Shown here one piece after another: positions 37,799 through 50,459 of a stretch of 64,000 nt of DNA. The position numbers and the translations under genes were made by a program. Origin of the DNA: Gnetum montanum (Eukaryota > Plantae > Gnetophyta); assembly GCA_015680685.1 (NCBI GenBank), contig MNCI01002414.1, positions 1,747 through 65,746 on the forward strand, read 5' to 3'. The first letter of the stretch is position 1; each line of letters starts with the position of its first letter. Under the pieces are notes generated by a model, which saw only the letters and a list, made by a program, of their open reading frames with translations, had not been told where the DNA came from and did not search any database.

Positions 37799-40191
37799 TG
37801 TTGGCGACCGTTTGGGACGTGACCACCAACGAGTGTCCTCGAACAGGATTTAGGTGCTTGCTGGTCTCTGACAACACCAAGGCCTAGATACCTCCAAATA
37901 AACTCAGTAGTTAATGTAAGTATGTGTGTGTGCTATTCCGGTGTGTGGTTGTGTAAAATGAAATGATTACGTTATGTGTAAACTATAGATGACTTATCAT
38001 AAAGAGATTCAACCAACTTTGCCAAGTACTATGAGTTGTTGGGAGTTCCTATTTTTTTCAATTGCCTAGTCTACTTAGTTTTCTTATAATACCTACTTAT
38101 AACAAATAAAATTTTGCAAAAACATTTGAGCACAACTTTGCGAATCTACTTCTAATTTTTCCCAGAGAAAGAGATAGTTCCACAAGAAAACTAGAAAGAG
38201 AGCAAGATTCGATGGAAATAGACAGAAAAGAAAGTAGATTTGCATGGACCTCAAATATTTAAACAAGGTAAAATGACACGAGTAAACACTTCGCAATAAA
38301 CCTATCCCAAATTAACTAACTACAAATTTTTCAAACTTGCAAGGCTCAAATAAGCAATTTCTTCAAGACAATCCTACTATGCTACCAAAATATTATTATG
38401 TAAACTACCACGTACAAGAATCCATTTTGGCTAGATAATGGATGTCAACAATTGCATTGAACACTGCAATTTTGCAATCCACGGGCCGACATCTTAGCTG
38501 CAAACAATGGAGACCAGAAAAATTCGTTTGATTTGAATTCATTCATGCAGACCAAATCGTTGTGTTGAAAGCATTTTGTCATTCCAAGGCAGGCGCAGCT
38601 GCTGTGACTATGGGTGGTGGCGCTGGTGGCTTGGATGCTGGCACTAGGAAACTAGTTTAATCCAGCGGAGCAAGGTAGATAGAGAGGCATGCATGCAGGA
38701 ATGCAATGCTATATATATGTGTGTGTTGTATTTTTGTGCTGCCTGCATGCCAAGATGGACCAAAGAAAGGGAAGGGAAGTCCATTTCCAGATTCTCCTTT
38801 CTACATTTCATTCCTTTAGCTTTCTCAAAAATGGTGGAAGAACTCCAAAATTCAGCAAGTGCTCGTTCCAAGTCCCGCAATTCACTAGTAGCAGCAACAA
38901 AAGAATTTGGCATGGCCTCCACACAGACGTCCATGGAACAACGGACACTTCCATGGCCCAGCAAGTTGTGAAAAATTCCGCTGCCACCACCTATGACGAT
39001 AACCCTAACATGTATTTTTCCATCATCATTGTCAACCTGGATACCTACCTCGCAACCCTCCTAGAAACCTCAGACTCCACAAACTTTTCAACTCCGTCAT
39101 GGCCTCCGATCTCCTCGTCCGAAACAAACGAAAGATGCAGAGTTCCAATTGGAATAAAACCCTTTCTCTTGAGATTCCTAATAGCTTCCAAGTACTAAGT
39201 GGGGACACACTTCATGTCTTGAGAGCCCCGTGTGAACATATTTCCTTGATCATCTCTGTTCGCTTGGAAAGACGGATGAACCCGCTTTTCTTCCTCTGCG
39301 GTCACAACATCCATGTGAAAATTCAGTAGAACGAAGGGTAGATTTGCTTTGCTGAGGATCAGATCCTAGGTAGGCATGAACGAATCAGAGAAAGAAAGTA
39401 GATCACTGGCAGCAAAATTGATAATTCTAGCTGTTGCTATTATGCATGGGAGGCTTGAAACCATTGCCGAGGCTGAGGCTGAGACTGAGACTGGGAAGAA
39501 GGAGCTTGAAAACATGGCCTCTGGAAGGCCTGGCAAGAGCCTCTCTAGCAGCAACAGCATTAGTCTGAAACTGGAGTGGTGCCACAGTTTGTGTAGATGC
39601 AGATGCAAAGGGTGGGTGTTATTCAGAGTTAGGCTTTACAAACTCGTCATTGCATGCTTGGCCAAAGCACAAGATTTGTATGTACGCTTCATGAACCGCT
39701 TCACCACCAAGACTCACATTTTTTCCTCTTCTTTTGATGCATTTTTTTTGCACTATTGAATCCATTATTTGGTCATACATTTGTTCTTGTTTTCTTTTTC
39801 TTTGCCAACAATTGGGATTGTGATTGTCTAAGCTGACTACAAGTTGAGTTACATTCATTACCTTCCCATACTTTATGGAGGTTAACTAAATCCACTTCTT
39901 GACTTGTACATCAATACATGTTTGTAGATCCAGTGAATACTTCTTTGGAACTAAAATAGCTGGTATAAGATTTTCATGAACTCTGAACAATTGATCATTT
40001 GTCTTAAACAAAAATGTATTTGCTAGTGAATCAATTAGAGAAAAACCTTTCAAACTACCAACCCAACACCTCTTAAAAGTCTTCATCTAATAAAATATTG
40101 GCAATGTTTAAATCAGGGTGAACTTTAGTTATATGATTAGCTCCAAAACCTCACAAAGCCTACTCCATTAACTGGCCAAGATGTGCCAACA
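37799..40191 (-). repeat. Element D 3' LTR
   Basis: Adjacent to the PPT (minus strand AAAGGGGGTAGAAA-TGTTGG); direct repeat of 42796-45981. Confidence 0.92.
39065..39344 (-). pseudogene. ACY1: Captured aminoacylase-1 (peptidase M20) fragment inside the D 3' LTR
   Basis: LPFVLLNFHMDVV...GNMFTRGSQDMKCV...YLEAIR...SFVSDEEIGGHDGVEKFVES reproduces the ACY1 motifs LLNSHxDVV, RGxQDMKC and DEEIGGHDG. Confidence 0.88.
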
Positions 40192-40522
40192 TTTCTACCC
40201 CCTTTAAAAGACTTAAAAAAATTTATGCAAGCCCCATTTTAAAACTGAATTGTCCTTGAAGCTTTTATTGAACTTTTTACAGCTGGAAAGATAAATCTTT
40301 TTGGAGGAAAATTCCCATAAAACATAAGGTTTGATGGTATAAAAACCTCATTCCTAAAAGAAAAAATAAATTGTGCATTATCAATTCCTTTGTTCATGGA
40401 CTATTCTTGAGATGGGAAGAGAATCGGAAGGATTCCACTGGTAGGAATCCTCATATCTCTAATCTTCTCATAAGCAATCTCTCTATTATTTTTTGGCTTG
40501 CTGGAGTTTTCAACTTGATCTT

Positions 40523-42670
40523 TTATAGCTTTTTCTTCAGCAATCCTCTCATCTTCTTTCTCAGAACTATAATTTTCTTGGAGTGTACAAATTTTTTTTC
40601 AATACCTCCTTTTTCAACCATCTTACTTTTTCCATTTGAAGTAATGTTATCAATCATCATAGGTTTACTATAGATGTATATTTGATTTGGTTTTCCTTTC
40701 CAGGGTAACCACATGTCAAAAAAATCTATTGATATGTAACCTAAAAAATTCTTACTCCAACTTCTACTCAATAAGAGACTATGTGAATCCGGTATATCTG
40801 CCACTTGAATAGTTACTCTACTTCTGACATGGAGTTCAAAAGAAATTTCCAATAGAACAATTGGTAATTGACCCACAATCTTCACTCTACTTTTATCCAC
40901 TTGAACAATCTTTTTATATGATTTTTCAGGAATCAAACCAAGTTTCTTACATATAAACAATGGCATTACAGTAGATGTAGCTCCAGAATCAACCAAATAA
41001 TTGTGTAAGTATTTATCCTTCAATATCATTGTCAAAAGAAAAGCTGGAGCTTCCTTATCAAACAAAGTATTTAATTTTTCACCATTGTTAGACACATAAT
41101 TTAACTCTGATTCTCTAACTCTCCTTTTTCCTTTAATGAAATCTAAAGCCTTTCCTTGCTAATCTCCTATTTGAAGCAACTAATAAAAGCTAATATTGGC
41201 CTTGACATGTTTAAGGTATTTAATCAAATCATACTCTCCATCACCAATAAAGCTTGGTCTCTTTATCCATTTATTAAAAGACTGACTTGGAGTGCTTTGC
41301 TCTACTTGATCATCTTTACCTTTATTCTTATCTCTTCTACTTGGCTTGAAAGCTTTTCTCTTAATAGATGGATCAATAATAACATTTGGGGGTCTAGAAG
41401 TAGTTAATCTTTCTTTCAATCGGAGACTATATCCATTTTCCTCATTCTTATTACATTCTTCATCTAAAGACATATCTTCTTCAGAACTTGATTGAGAAGA
41501 AGTATTGCTAGATCCATTGCTAGAAGATTTACTTGCATAATGAACACTAGATAACTCATTATCAAATTCAATATCAAGAAAGTTGGACATAATAAGGTCA
41601 CTTTCATCCTCATCTTCTGCTAACTTAGTGTCTTGATGTTTATGCTTTCTATTTTTCCTTTCTTCCTTGATATTAACTCTTGCTAAGGCTTTTTCAAGCT
41701 TCACTATTTTGCTAGACATATCTCTCATTAATTGTCCTTTTTCAGATTCTACTCTTTCATATTCTTGATCTTTCTTAACATGATATGGACCTAGTAAAAC
41801 TTTAAATTGAGCTAAATCTTGCATAGGAATCATAACTCTTTCTTCTCTTCTTTGAATTGCAATATTTTCTTCAGGATTCAAGTTCAACTATTTTTCTAAC
41901 TGTATCGCTTCACTAAAATAGTCATTTAGTGTAGTTAAGTTTGGAGTTCTCCTTAACCAAATTGAAATGTTGGGGTTGACAACCTTAAGATAAGTTTCCT
42001 TGAGCATTTCTTCTAATGGTCTATATTATCTTTGAAAGAGTCCACAAATTCATTGAAACTTGATGTTAAAATCTCTAATTGACTCTTTAACTCCTTGCTT
42101 AGCTTATATCAACCCACAGTATAGTTGTTGTTGATCTAATTGATTACCAAACTAGGCCAAGAAAATATTCTTTATGTCATCCCAACTTGTAATACTATTA
42201 TTTGGTAAGTTCAAATACCAAATCTGAGCCATATCCTTTAGATTTGATATAGACAACCTACAAGCTTAATCTTGATGTTGAATATTTGCATGAGCTAAAG
42301 CTAACTCAAACATGTAAATATATCCTTTAGCTAAATAAGCTTTTCCAAGAATGAAAGGCTCAGGAAAATATTTGTAAACTACCTTAGGAATATCATTGTA
42401 ATTTTGAAATCCTAATGGCGTAACTCCTTGCCAAGGATTTGCCATCCTATTCCTTTGGGTAGTTGAACTCTTAAACTTTCTAGAACTTCTCTTATAAATC
42501 GATAAACTAGAAATAATGGGTGATCTTCTTAATCTTCTAGTTTTCACTCCACTACTTGTTCCCAATTCAAAATCTTTCTTTTGTTCTTCTTCTGATGAAG
42601 AATCAATCTTAGAATCTAGAATATCTTTTAAAACTTTTAGATTTTCCAAACTATCAATCTTCTTGGTCAT
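40523..42670 (-). pseudogene. Element D gag-protease
   Basis: Gag segments at 42670-41900; YDLIKYLKHVKANIS; PR LHNYLVDSGATSTVMP...SLLLSRSW. Only about 330 bp separate PR from the PPT. Confidence 0.88.
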
Positions 42671-42771
42671 GAACTGAAAATAGTATCTAATTTCTTAAGC
42701 CTTTATAGTAACAAAGAATGGTTGATGTGCTACAATTATAAGGCTTATGAACCTAGAGGCTAGATTTTCAA

Positions 42772-42788
42772 CCCTCCTTCAAGTGCCA
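42772..42788 (-). promoter_or_regulatory. Element D PBS, tRNA-Asn type
   Basis: Minus strand TGGCACTTGAAGGAGGG, just inside the LTR. Confidence 0.78.
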
Positions 42789-43188
42789 AAAGAACTGTTG
42801 GCGACCGTTTGGGACTCGACCACCAACGAGTGTCCTCGAATAGGATTTAGGTGCATGCTAGTCTCTGGCAACACCAGGGCCCAGATACCTCCAAAGAAAC
42901 TCAGTAGTTAAGGTAAGTATGTGTGTGTGCTTTTGTGGCATGTGGTTGTGTAAAATGAAATGATTGCGTTATGTGTAAACTATACATGACTTAACTTAAA
43001 GAGATTCAGCCAACTTTGCCAAGTACTGTGAGTTGTCGAGAGTTCTTATTTTGTTCAATTGCCTAGTCTACGCNNNNNNNNNNNNNNNNNNNNNNNNNNN
43101 NNNNNNNNNNNNNNNNNNTGCTACGTAAACTACCACGTAAGAGACTCCATTTTGGCTAGATAATGGATGTCAACAATTGCATTCAACA

Positions 43189-44248
43189 GAACCTTCAAAA
43201 GACTTGACAATTTTTGATTGAAATACCATGGAGATTCACTTTAAAGATAAAAGGAAGCTATTTTGGTCCCATCAAAATACCAAAGATTTTCTTAACCCTC
43301 TTGACTATTGAATCATTCAACGGCATGACTACAAGCAAAGGCTCTCTTACAACAATCTCAATAGTAGTTCTCATACGTTGCACAATAATAGAATTTACTA
43401 CTAAAATGCTCTTAAGGCTTTTAAACACAAGTGCTTCTATGGAAAAATTTTAACAAAAATTCCTATCGGGCAACAAGAACAATAAGAGCAATCTAAAAAT
43501 CCCAAAATTACTTGCCAAGGATGATACTATCTAAACCACTAGCTAAACAATTTAAAAAAAAATAAAAATAAAACATAACTCACAGGACTATGAAAAAGAG
43601 GCTAAAATCTTTTCTTTAGTAAGCCATCTTACAAGCAATCGTTCACAGTGTCTTCCAAGAATGTGTCTCCAAATGAGAGCTCCCCAAAATTGTTCCAAAG
43701 TGAGACCCCATGTGATCCTTTTCTCCTTAACCCCTGAAGCCTTTTTATAGGGTTCAAAGGTAGGTAGGTAACTTACAAAATATCTTGGGTGGTTATAACC
43801 ACCATAGAGAGAAAAAATCCACAGGTGACAAGTGTCCCATGTAGTTTCCAAGTGTCTTCATTCAGTTGCCAAGTGGTCACCATGGAGATAAAAAAGTTGT
43901 AGTTGACAAGTGCCCATTTAGTTGACAAGTGGCCCATTTAGTTGACAAGTGGCCATTCTGGAGATAAAGAGGTTGTAGTTGACAAGTGGCCTTGGTAGTG
44001 GTTATAACCACCATTTCAATGGACAAGTGTTCAATTCACATAGGATTTTGAACAATTGTTGCACAAATTCAATTTTTAAATCATAAAATATTTTATTGGT
44101 TTTTTTTGTTTTAAAGAGAATATTACAGTTCTAGGATTTATCATAGTTCAGTGACATTTGCATACTCTTCTTCTTAGAAAAAAAGTTTACAAGTTCTGTA
44201 CTAGATCAAGATTGAAGATAGATTGTGTTTTTCTTACCAAGCCTCTTA
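43189..44248 (-). mobile_element. About 1.06-kb insertion into the D 5' LTR (solo-LTR-like)
   Basis: Absent from the other LTR; flanked by duplicated TCAACA; has GTTGACAAGTGG repeats and a minus-strand CCTATAAAAAGG. Confidence 0.65.
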
Positions 44249-44859
44249 TCAACACTACAATTTCGCGATCCACGGGCTGACATCTTAGCTACAAATGATG
44301 GAGACCAGACAAAATATTTTGATTTGAATTCATTCATGTAGACCAAATCGTTGTGTTGAAAGCATTTTGTCATTCCAAGGTGGGCATAGCTTCTATGAGT
44401 ATGGGTGGTGAAGTTGGCAACCTGGATGCTAGCACTAGGAAAATAGTTTAATCCATCGGAGCAAGGTAGAGAGAGAGGCATGCACACAGGACCGTAATGC
44501 TGTATATATGTATGTGCTGTATTTTTGTGATGCCTGCATGCCAAGATGGAGCAAAGAAAGGGAAGGGAAGTCCATTTCCAGATTCTCTTTTCTCCATTTT
44601 GTTCCTTTGGCTTTCTCACAAATGGTGGGAGGACTCCAAAACGTAGTAAGCGCTCGCGCCATGTCCCGCAATTCACTAGTAGCAGCAGCAAAAGAATTCG
44701 GGGTGGCCTCCATGCAGATGCCCATGGAACCAGGGACACTTCCATGGCCTAGCAAGTTGCAAAAAAATGCCGCTGCCGCTATCTCTGACGATAACCCTAA
44801 CACGTATTTTGCCATCATCATTGTTGACTTGGATACCTACCTCGCAACACTCCTGGAAA

Positions 44860-45136
44860 CCTCGGACTCCACAAACTTTTCAGCTCCGTCATGGCCTCCG
44901 ACCTCCTCATCTAGAATAAACAAAAGATGCAAAGTTCTAGTTGGAATAAAACCCTTACTCTTCATATTCCTAATGGCTTCCAAGTACTGAGTGGGGACAC
45001 ACTTCATGTCCTGAGAGCCCCACACGAAGATATTACCTTGCTTGTCTCTATTCGCCTGGAAACGTGGATGAACCTACTTTTCTTCCTCTGCGGTCACAAC
45101 ATCCATATGAAAATTCAGCAGAATGGAGGGTAGATT
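44860..45136 (-). pseudogene. ACY1: Captured aminoacylase-1 fragment inside the D 5' LTR
   Basis: LPSILLNFHMDVV...GNIFVWGSQDMKCVPTQYLEAIRNMKSKGFIPTRTLHLLFILDEEVGGHDGAEKFVES. Confidence 0.9.
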
Positions 45137-46012
45137 TGCTTCACTGAGGATCAGATCCTAGGTAGGCGTGAACGAATTAGAGAAAGAAAGTAGATCACTG
45201 GCAGTGAAATCAACAATTCCAGCTACTACTGTTATGCATGGGAGGCTTGAAACCATTGCCGAGGCTAAGGCTGAGACTGAGACTGAGAAGGAGCTTGAAA
45301 ATATGGCCTCTGGAAGGCCTGGCAGGATCCTCTCCAGCAGCAACAACGTTAGTCTAAAATTGGAACGGTGCCATAGTTTGTGTAGATGCAGATGTAAAGG
45401 GTGGGTGTTATTCAGAGTTAGGCTTCACAAACTCATCATTGTGTGCTTGGCCAAAGCATGGGATTTGTATGCAAGCTTCATGAACCGCTCCACCACCAAG
45501 GCTCACATTTCTTCTTCTTCTTTTGATGCATTCCATTCATACTATTGAATCCATTATTTGGTCATACATTTGTTCTTGTTTTCTTTTTCTTTGCCAACAA
45601 TTGGGATTGAGATTTTCTAAGCTGACTACAAGTTGCCTTACATTCATTACCTTCCCATACCTTATGGAGGCTAACTAAATCAACTTCTTGACTTGTACAT
45701 CAATACATGTTTGTAGATCCAGTGAATACTTCTTGAGCACTAAAATAGCTAGTAGAAGATTGTCATGAACTCTAAACAATTGATCATTTATCTTAAAAAA
45801 AAATTGTATTTGCTAGTGAATAAATTAGAGAAAAACCTTTCAAACTACCAACCCAACACCTCTGAAAAGTCTTCATCCAATAAAATATTAGCAATGTTTA
45901 AATTAGGGTGAACTTTAGTTATATGATTAGCTCCACAACCTCACAAAGCCTGCTCCATTAAATGGCCAAAATGTGCCAACATTTTCCTCATTTGCAAACC
46001 ACTTTCAGCCTC

Positions 46013-49000
46013 ATGAAAATGATTTCTTCAACCACCATTGTTGCTACCTCTAACCTTGAGGTCCCCTTTTCAGTTTAGGGCACCATAGGTGCCAAGAAAC
46101 CACCTAGCCCAGTGCTAGGACCACGTCAATCACCTAGGATCCATAATTGATCACTTGAGAGCTTGGAAAAGCATATCGAGCTCTACAATTTTCTCTGTGC
46201 TAAGGTCTAGGTAAATCTGACCTTAGACACCCAAAAACTCAAAGAAAAACATAACATCGAGTTCATCTACCAGAATGGGAGGGAATTTATTTCCACTCTT
46301 GGTGTTTCTATTCCTCTCATGCAAATGTATCAGTGGATCTTACATCAACTAATATGGACAAGTAGGCCTAGGGCGCAGTGAGACATAACATCTCACTATG
46401 ATGAGGTGTTTCAAGATAGGCAAGAGGAGCTAGATTCCTAGTCTGAGGATGGGGGTCAAACTAACCCTACCACCATTCCTCCCATCCCTTCTTTCTGGTT
46501 GAACCCAATCTTCACGACTACCCCCTTCATGATTACGTCTGCACCATTGCAAACAACACCTTCATCAACAATGGGTAGTCATGTCATGCCCTCAATGATT
46601 AAACATGCCTATTCCATTGTCTCATTCCCAAGCACTACCCCCCAACAATCTATTCCCCAATCCATTCCTGCATCATACCATGCACCGATCATGGCTACCC
46701 TGCCCTACGTCCATACCATGCCTACATCGCAGTTGCATACAGTCTCTGCATCCATCCCAGAATCTACATCTCTTCCACCATTAGTGGTGGGTCCACCCCC
46801 AACCATGTGGTGGATCCTGTTCACTTCTTCCCTATTTTGCAACCTTTGTAAATGTCCCACTATGCTCACCACCAAATGTATCAAATCCTGCAAGTGGCAC
46901 AGCCAAGTGTAGGACCCTAGTCTACCCCACCAATCATGCAAACCGCCAACCCCGTAGCACCACCAGTGGTAGCTACTCCAACAACACCACCCACTAGATG
47001 GTGAACAACATCAGTGACACCCTTCATAGGGGCTGCCCCAATGGCGTCGCCTATGAGCCAAGATGTTGTCTCTGCCAAGCCACCAATTGGAGTTACCCCT
47101 ATAGCTCCCCAACCAGCTACGTTTCCCCTAGGTCTGGATCAAGCATTTCAACTTATCCAAATCCTAACTGAAGAGGTTAGATTCCCCAAAACTATCAATT
47201 TTGATACAATACAAGTCATGGATTTCGACCATGACAATCCCATCAGCCTGGCAATCCCCATGTTAACGTTAGCCACCAATATGCCACTACCCCACTTCAC
47301 AAAATACAACAGTGAGGATGATCCCAACATGCATCTTGTTACATTTAGATCTGAGTCCCTCCTTTTTTAATAATGGCCACACACAATCAACTACATCTTT
47401 GCTATGTCTCTGATGAGCAAAGCCCTAGACTGGTACCGTGTGCTCTAACGTTCCTCTATCTCAACCTTAGAAGAGCTTCTGACCCAATTTGTAACTCGTT
47501 TCAAGTATAACTTGAGATCAGAAGTTATGTTGGATTAGTTAATGAGTGTGAAGCAAGACCCCCTAGAACCAGTCTAGAAATTCATACAACGATGGAGTTC
47601 TATCCTTAATGAGATCCACAAGCCTACCACGTTCCTCTATCTCAACCCTAGAAGAGCTTCTAACCCAATTTGTAACTCGTTTCAAGTATAACTTGAGATC
47701 AAAAGTTATGTTGGATCGATTAATGAGTGTGAAGAAAGACCCCCTAGAACCAGTCTAGAAATTCATACAATGATGGAGCGCTACAATTAATGAGATCCAC
47801 AAGCCTATTGTGGAGGCTCATCTACTAGCCATCTTCAAGGGTGTGGTGAATGACTTTATTAAGTCCAAACTGTACTATCTCACTCCACGAACTCTTAGTT
47901 AGGCTTTTGACCAAACCAAGAGCATCCATGATGTGGCCGAGGAAAGTAAAGACCTGGCATATGTTGCATACAATAACACATTTATAGAAAAGGACAAAGA
48001 TAAGGGAAAGGCTGCAACAGCCACAGTGGCCACTATGGTAAATGAAGCCAAACCCAATAACAAGAAGGTGGCCACAATGTCGACTAACCTTACACCCACG
48101 CCAAGAAATGCTACTCAACTCTCCACCTTGACACCTGAAGCTACCACCCTATCCAAACCTAATTTTGAGCATAGAGATCACTCTAAATATACTCTGCTAC
48201 CTATCAAGCCTTCACAACTTTTGAAGAAATTACTGGGAGCAAGGTATATTCAACACAAGAAAATGTTAGAGGAGGTAGCCAAAAGGCATCAACGGCACTG
48301 CGAACTCCTTAGGAACCCCTCCTTGGCCTTGCCCAATGAGCCACAATTCCTAAGAATTTTAGGATGGAGCGGTTCTGTGACTACCATCAAGTATGTGGTC
48401 ATGACACAAACTATTGTTTGGCGTTAAAAATGACATTCAATGAATGATTGATCAGGGGAAGTTGGTTCTGGATGAAAGCAATCACATGCACCATGAAAAT
48501 CAATCTATGCATGTTTACATAAACCTGCTTAACACCAATAACACCAATTATATCATCAACACTATCAACATTAACAGTAATCCTAAATGACATTAGCAGC
48601 CATTTGTGGTTCATGTGCCTCAGCGTAGTGCACCTACACCACCAATGGCTAAAAGACCACCGTAGTAACCATTTGTCCTAAAGGTCCCTCCTCAAACATC
48701 CACCCTTGCATTGTCTATAAAAAAATCACACCACTGCATGCACTAACACTGAGAGCATTATTCATCATCAAGGGGCCAACTCATTCAATCAGCCCCACTC
48801 TACATAAGATGACACTGCAGCCTTCTTGTCCCTAGAAAAGAGAAGAGCATTCGGTAGGTGAGGCAACAATGGAAGGTACCACCCTAGGTACTTCCAAGCC
48901 TACTCCCTTGTCCTCTACATATACATCCTCATCACCAAAAGCTAATGTCGCTATGTGCTCACGGTCTTCGCCACCTCGCCTGAAAGGGTTTGATCACAAA

Positions 49001-50028
49001 CCCGAAGCTATTCCTCCTTTGGAAATTCATCTCCTAGGATTAATGGAAGAGGAGAAGGACAACAAGTAAGAGGAAGGTGGATGAGACCTATTAAGTGCTC
49101 TTACTCAGGTCAAGGAGGCTCTAAAGAAAAGGAACACAATTTTGAGCCTGTACGACCTAATAATGACTTCAACCACACACCGTGAGGCTCTGGTTCACAT
49201 GTTAATGGCAATACCAATTAACAAGAAGATTCCAATAGAAGAGAAAGAAATCCACTCGGTTATGCTTCCTTCTGTGCCTGCAGAACCACAACCATCCCAA
49301 TTGACATTTTGTGATGATTCCATTAGGGAAGACCCTGGGAAGGATCAGGTGACTACAGAACCTCTATTCATCACAATTTGGATGAGTCAAGATAAGATCC
49401 GAAGGGTACATGTTGATGATGGGACTGCTACAAACATCATCCCATTCCCCATTGTGGATAAACTAGGTTTGGTAGACTAGATCAAACCCACAACAATGTC
49501 ATGCTTGAAATCATTCACTGGGGTATGGGTCATCGTGAAAGGCACTGTACACATTGACTTTGTGGCAGGGGACTAGTTCCCCACAAAGGAAATGTTATTG
49601 TGGTGGAAGAGATGCCTAGGTTTAATCTGATCTTAGGGAAGTCCTAGATAGCCCAATATAAGGCCGTCTCTTCACCCATACATTAGGAAATCCATATACC
49701 CTATGTCGGTAGGGAGGTGCTGATCCATAGTGATGAGGTAGCAACGCAAGCAATAAATAACATAGATATGGAGTAGGGATTGAATTTCATAACCTCTAAG
49801 AACGAGACACTTGTCTCTGCCAACACTAAATGTTTAGCGAAAGAGCCAGCCCAACACACTGGCTCAGAAAAAGAAAATGCATGGGTTGAGTTGCCTTTCC
49901 AAGAAAAAGACAATGATGTAGATGAATGTCACGGTAAAGCTTCTTGACCTTACATCTTACCAAATCCATGATGGGTTAGAGAGTATTTTCTTATAGCATA
50001 GCAACTCCGCTACTTCCTACCCAGTTAA
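46013..50028 (+). pseudogene. Element B gag-protease ORF
   Basis: Colinear with A 15612-19386; PR IRRVHVDDGTATNIIP; ends YFLPS*. Confidence 0.88.
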
Positions 50029-50129
50029 CATATGTCATATATTTATCTCTTGCTCGCTTCACATCCATCCATCTATGTTGGGTGCCTAACTAATTCCTTT
50101 TAAATTTTTCGCATCCATTTACATCATCC

Positions 50130-50310
50130 CATGGCCTGAAATGGCCTAAAACTAGTGATGACCTGAAATGGCCTAAAACTACACATAGTTTGCTAAGTCC
50201 TAAAACTAGAAAAATATTCCGACCACATCATGTTATCACCTGCTAAGGCCTAAAACTAGTAGAACCCCTTTGTTCACATTACGTTATGGCCTACTAAGGC
50301 CTAAAATTGG
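50130..50310 (+). repeat. Short tandem array (GGCCTAAAACTAG core)
   Basis: About 5 copies; orthologous to 19495-19797. Confidence 0.8.
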
Positions 50311-50459
50311 TAAAAAAACAATAAAAAACCGATCACATAGGCAATACGCAAGCTAAAACAAACCAAATTTTTTTTTCATCGTTCATTTTCCATTCAAAGT
50401 TTCAATTAAATAATGTTTGCAATATTCATGCAAAAAATACACAATAAGATCCCTTACTA

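Larger units (their letters stand above)
37799..45981 (-). mobile_element. Element D: non-autonomous Gypsy (gag-PR only) with about 2.4-kb LTRs carrying host-gene fragments, inserted in the leader of B
   Basis: LTRs at 37799-40191 and 42796-45981 (TG...CA); PPT at 40192-40205; PBS at 42772-42788; TSD GTTTC/TTTTC. The B leader rejoins across the insertion (compare A at 15560-15620). Confidence 0.93.
42796..45981 (-). repeat. Element D 5' LTR (contains an assembly gap and a 1.06-kb secondary insertion)
   Basis: Direct repeat of 37799-40191; adjacent to the PBS. Confidence 0.92.

Noticed and set aside
38689-39198. 169-aa plus-strand ORF (and the 160-aa ORF at 44508-44990) as real genes
   Set aside because: They are largely antisense shadows of the ACY1 and neighbouring fragments, and their frames differ between the two LTR copies.
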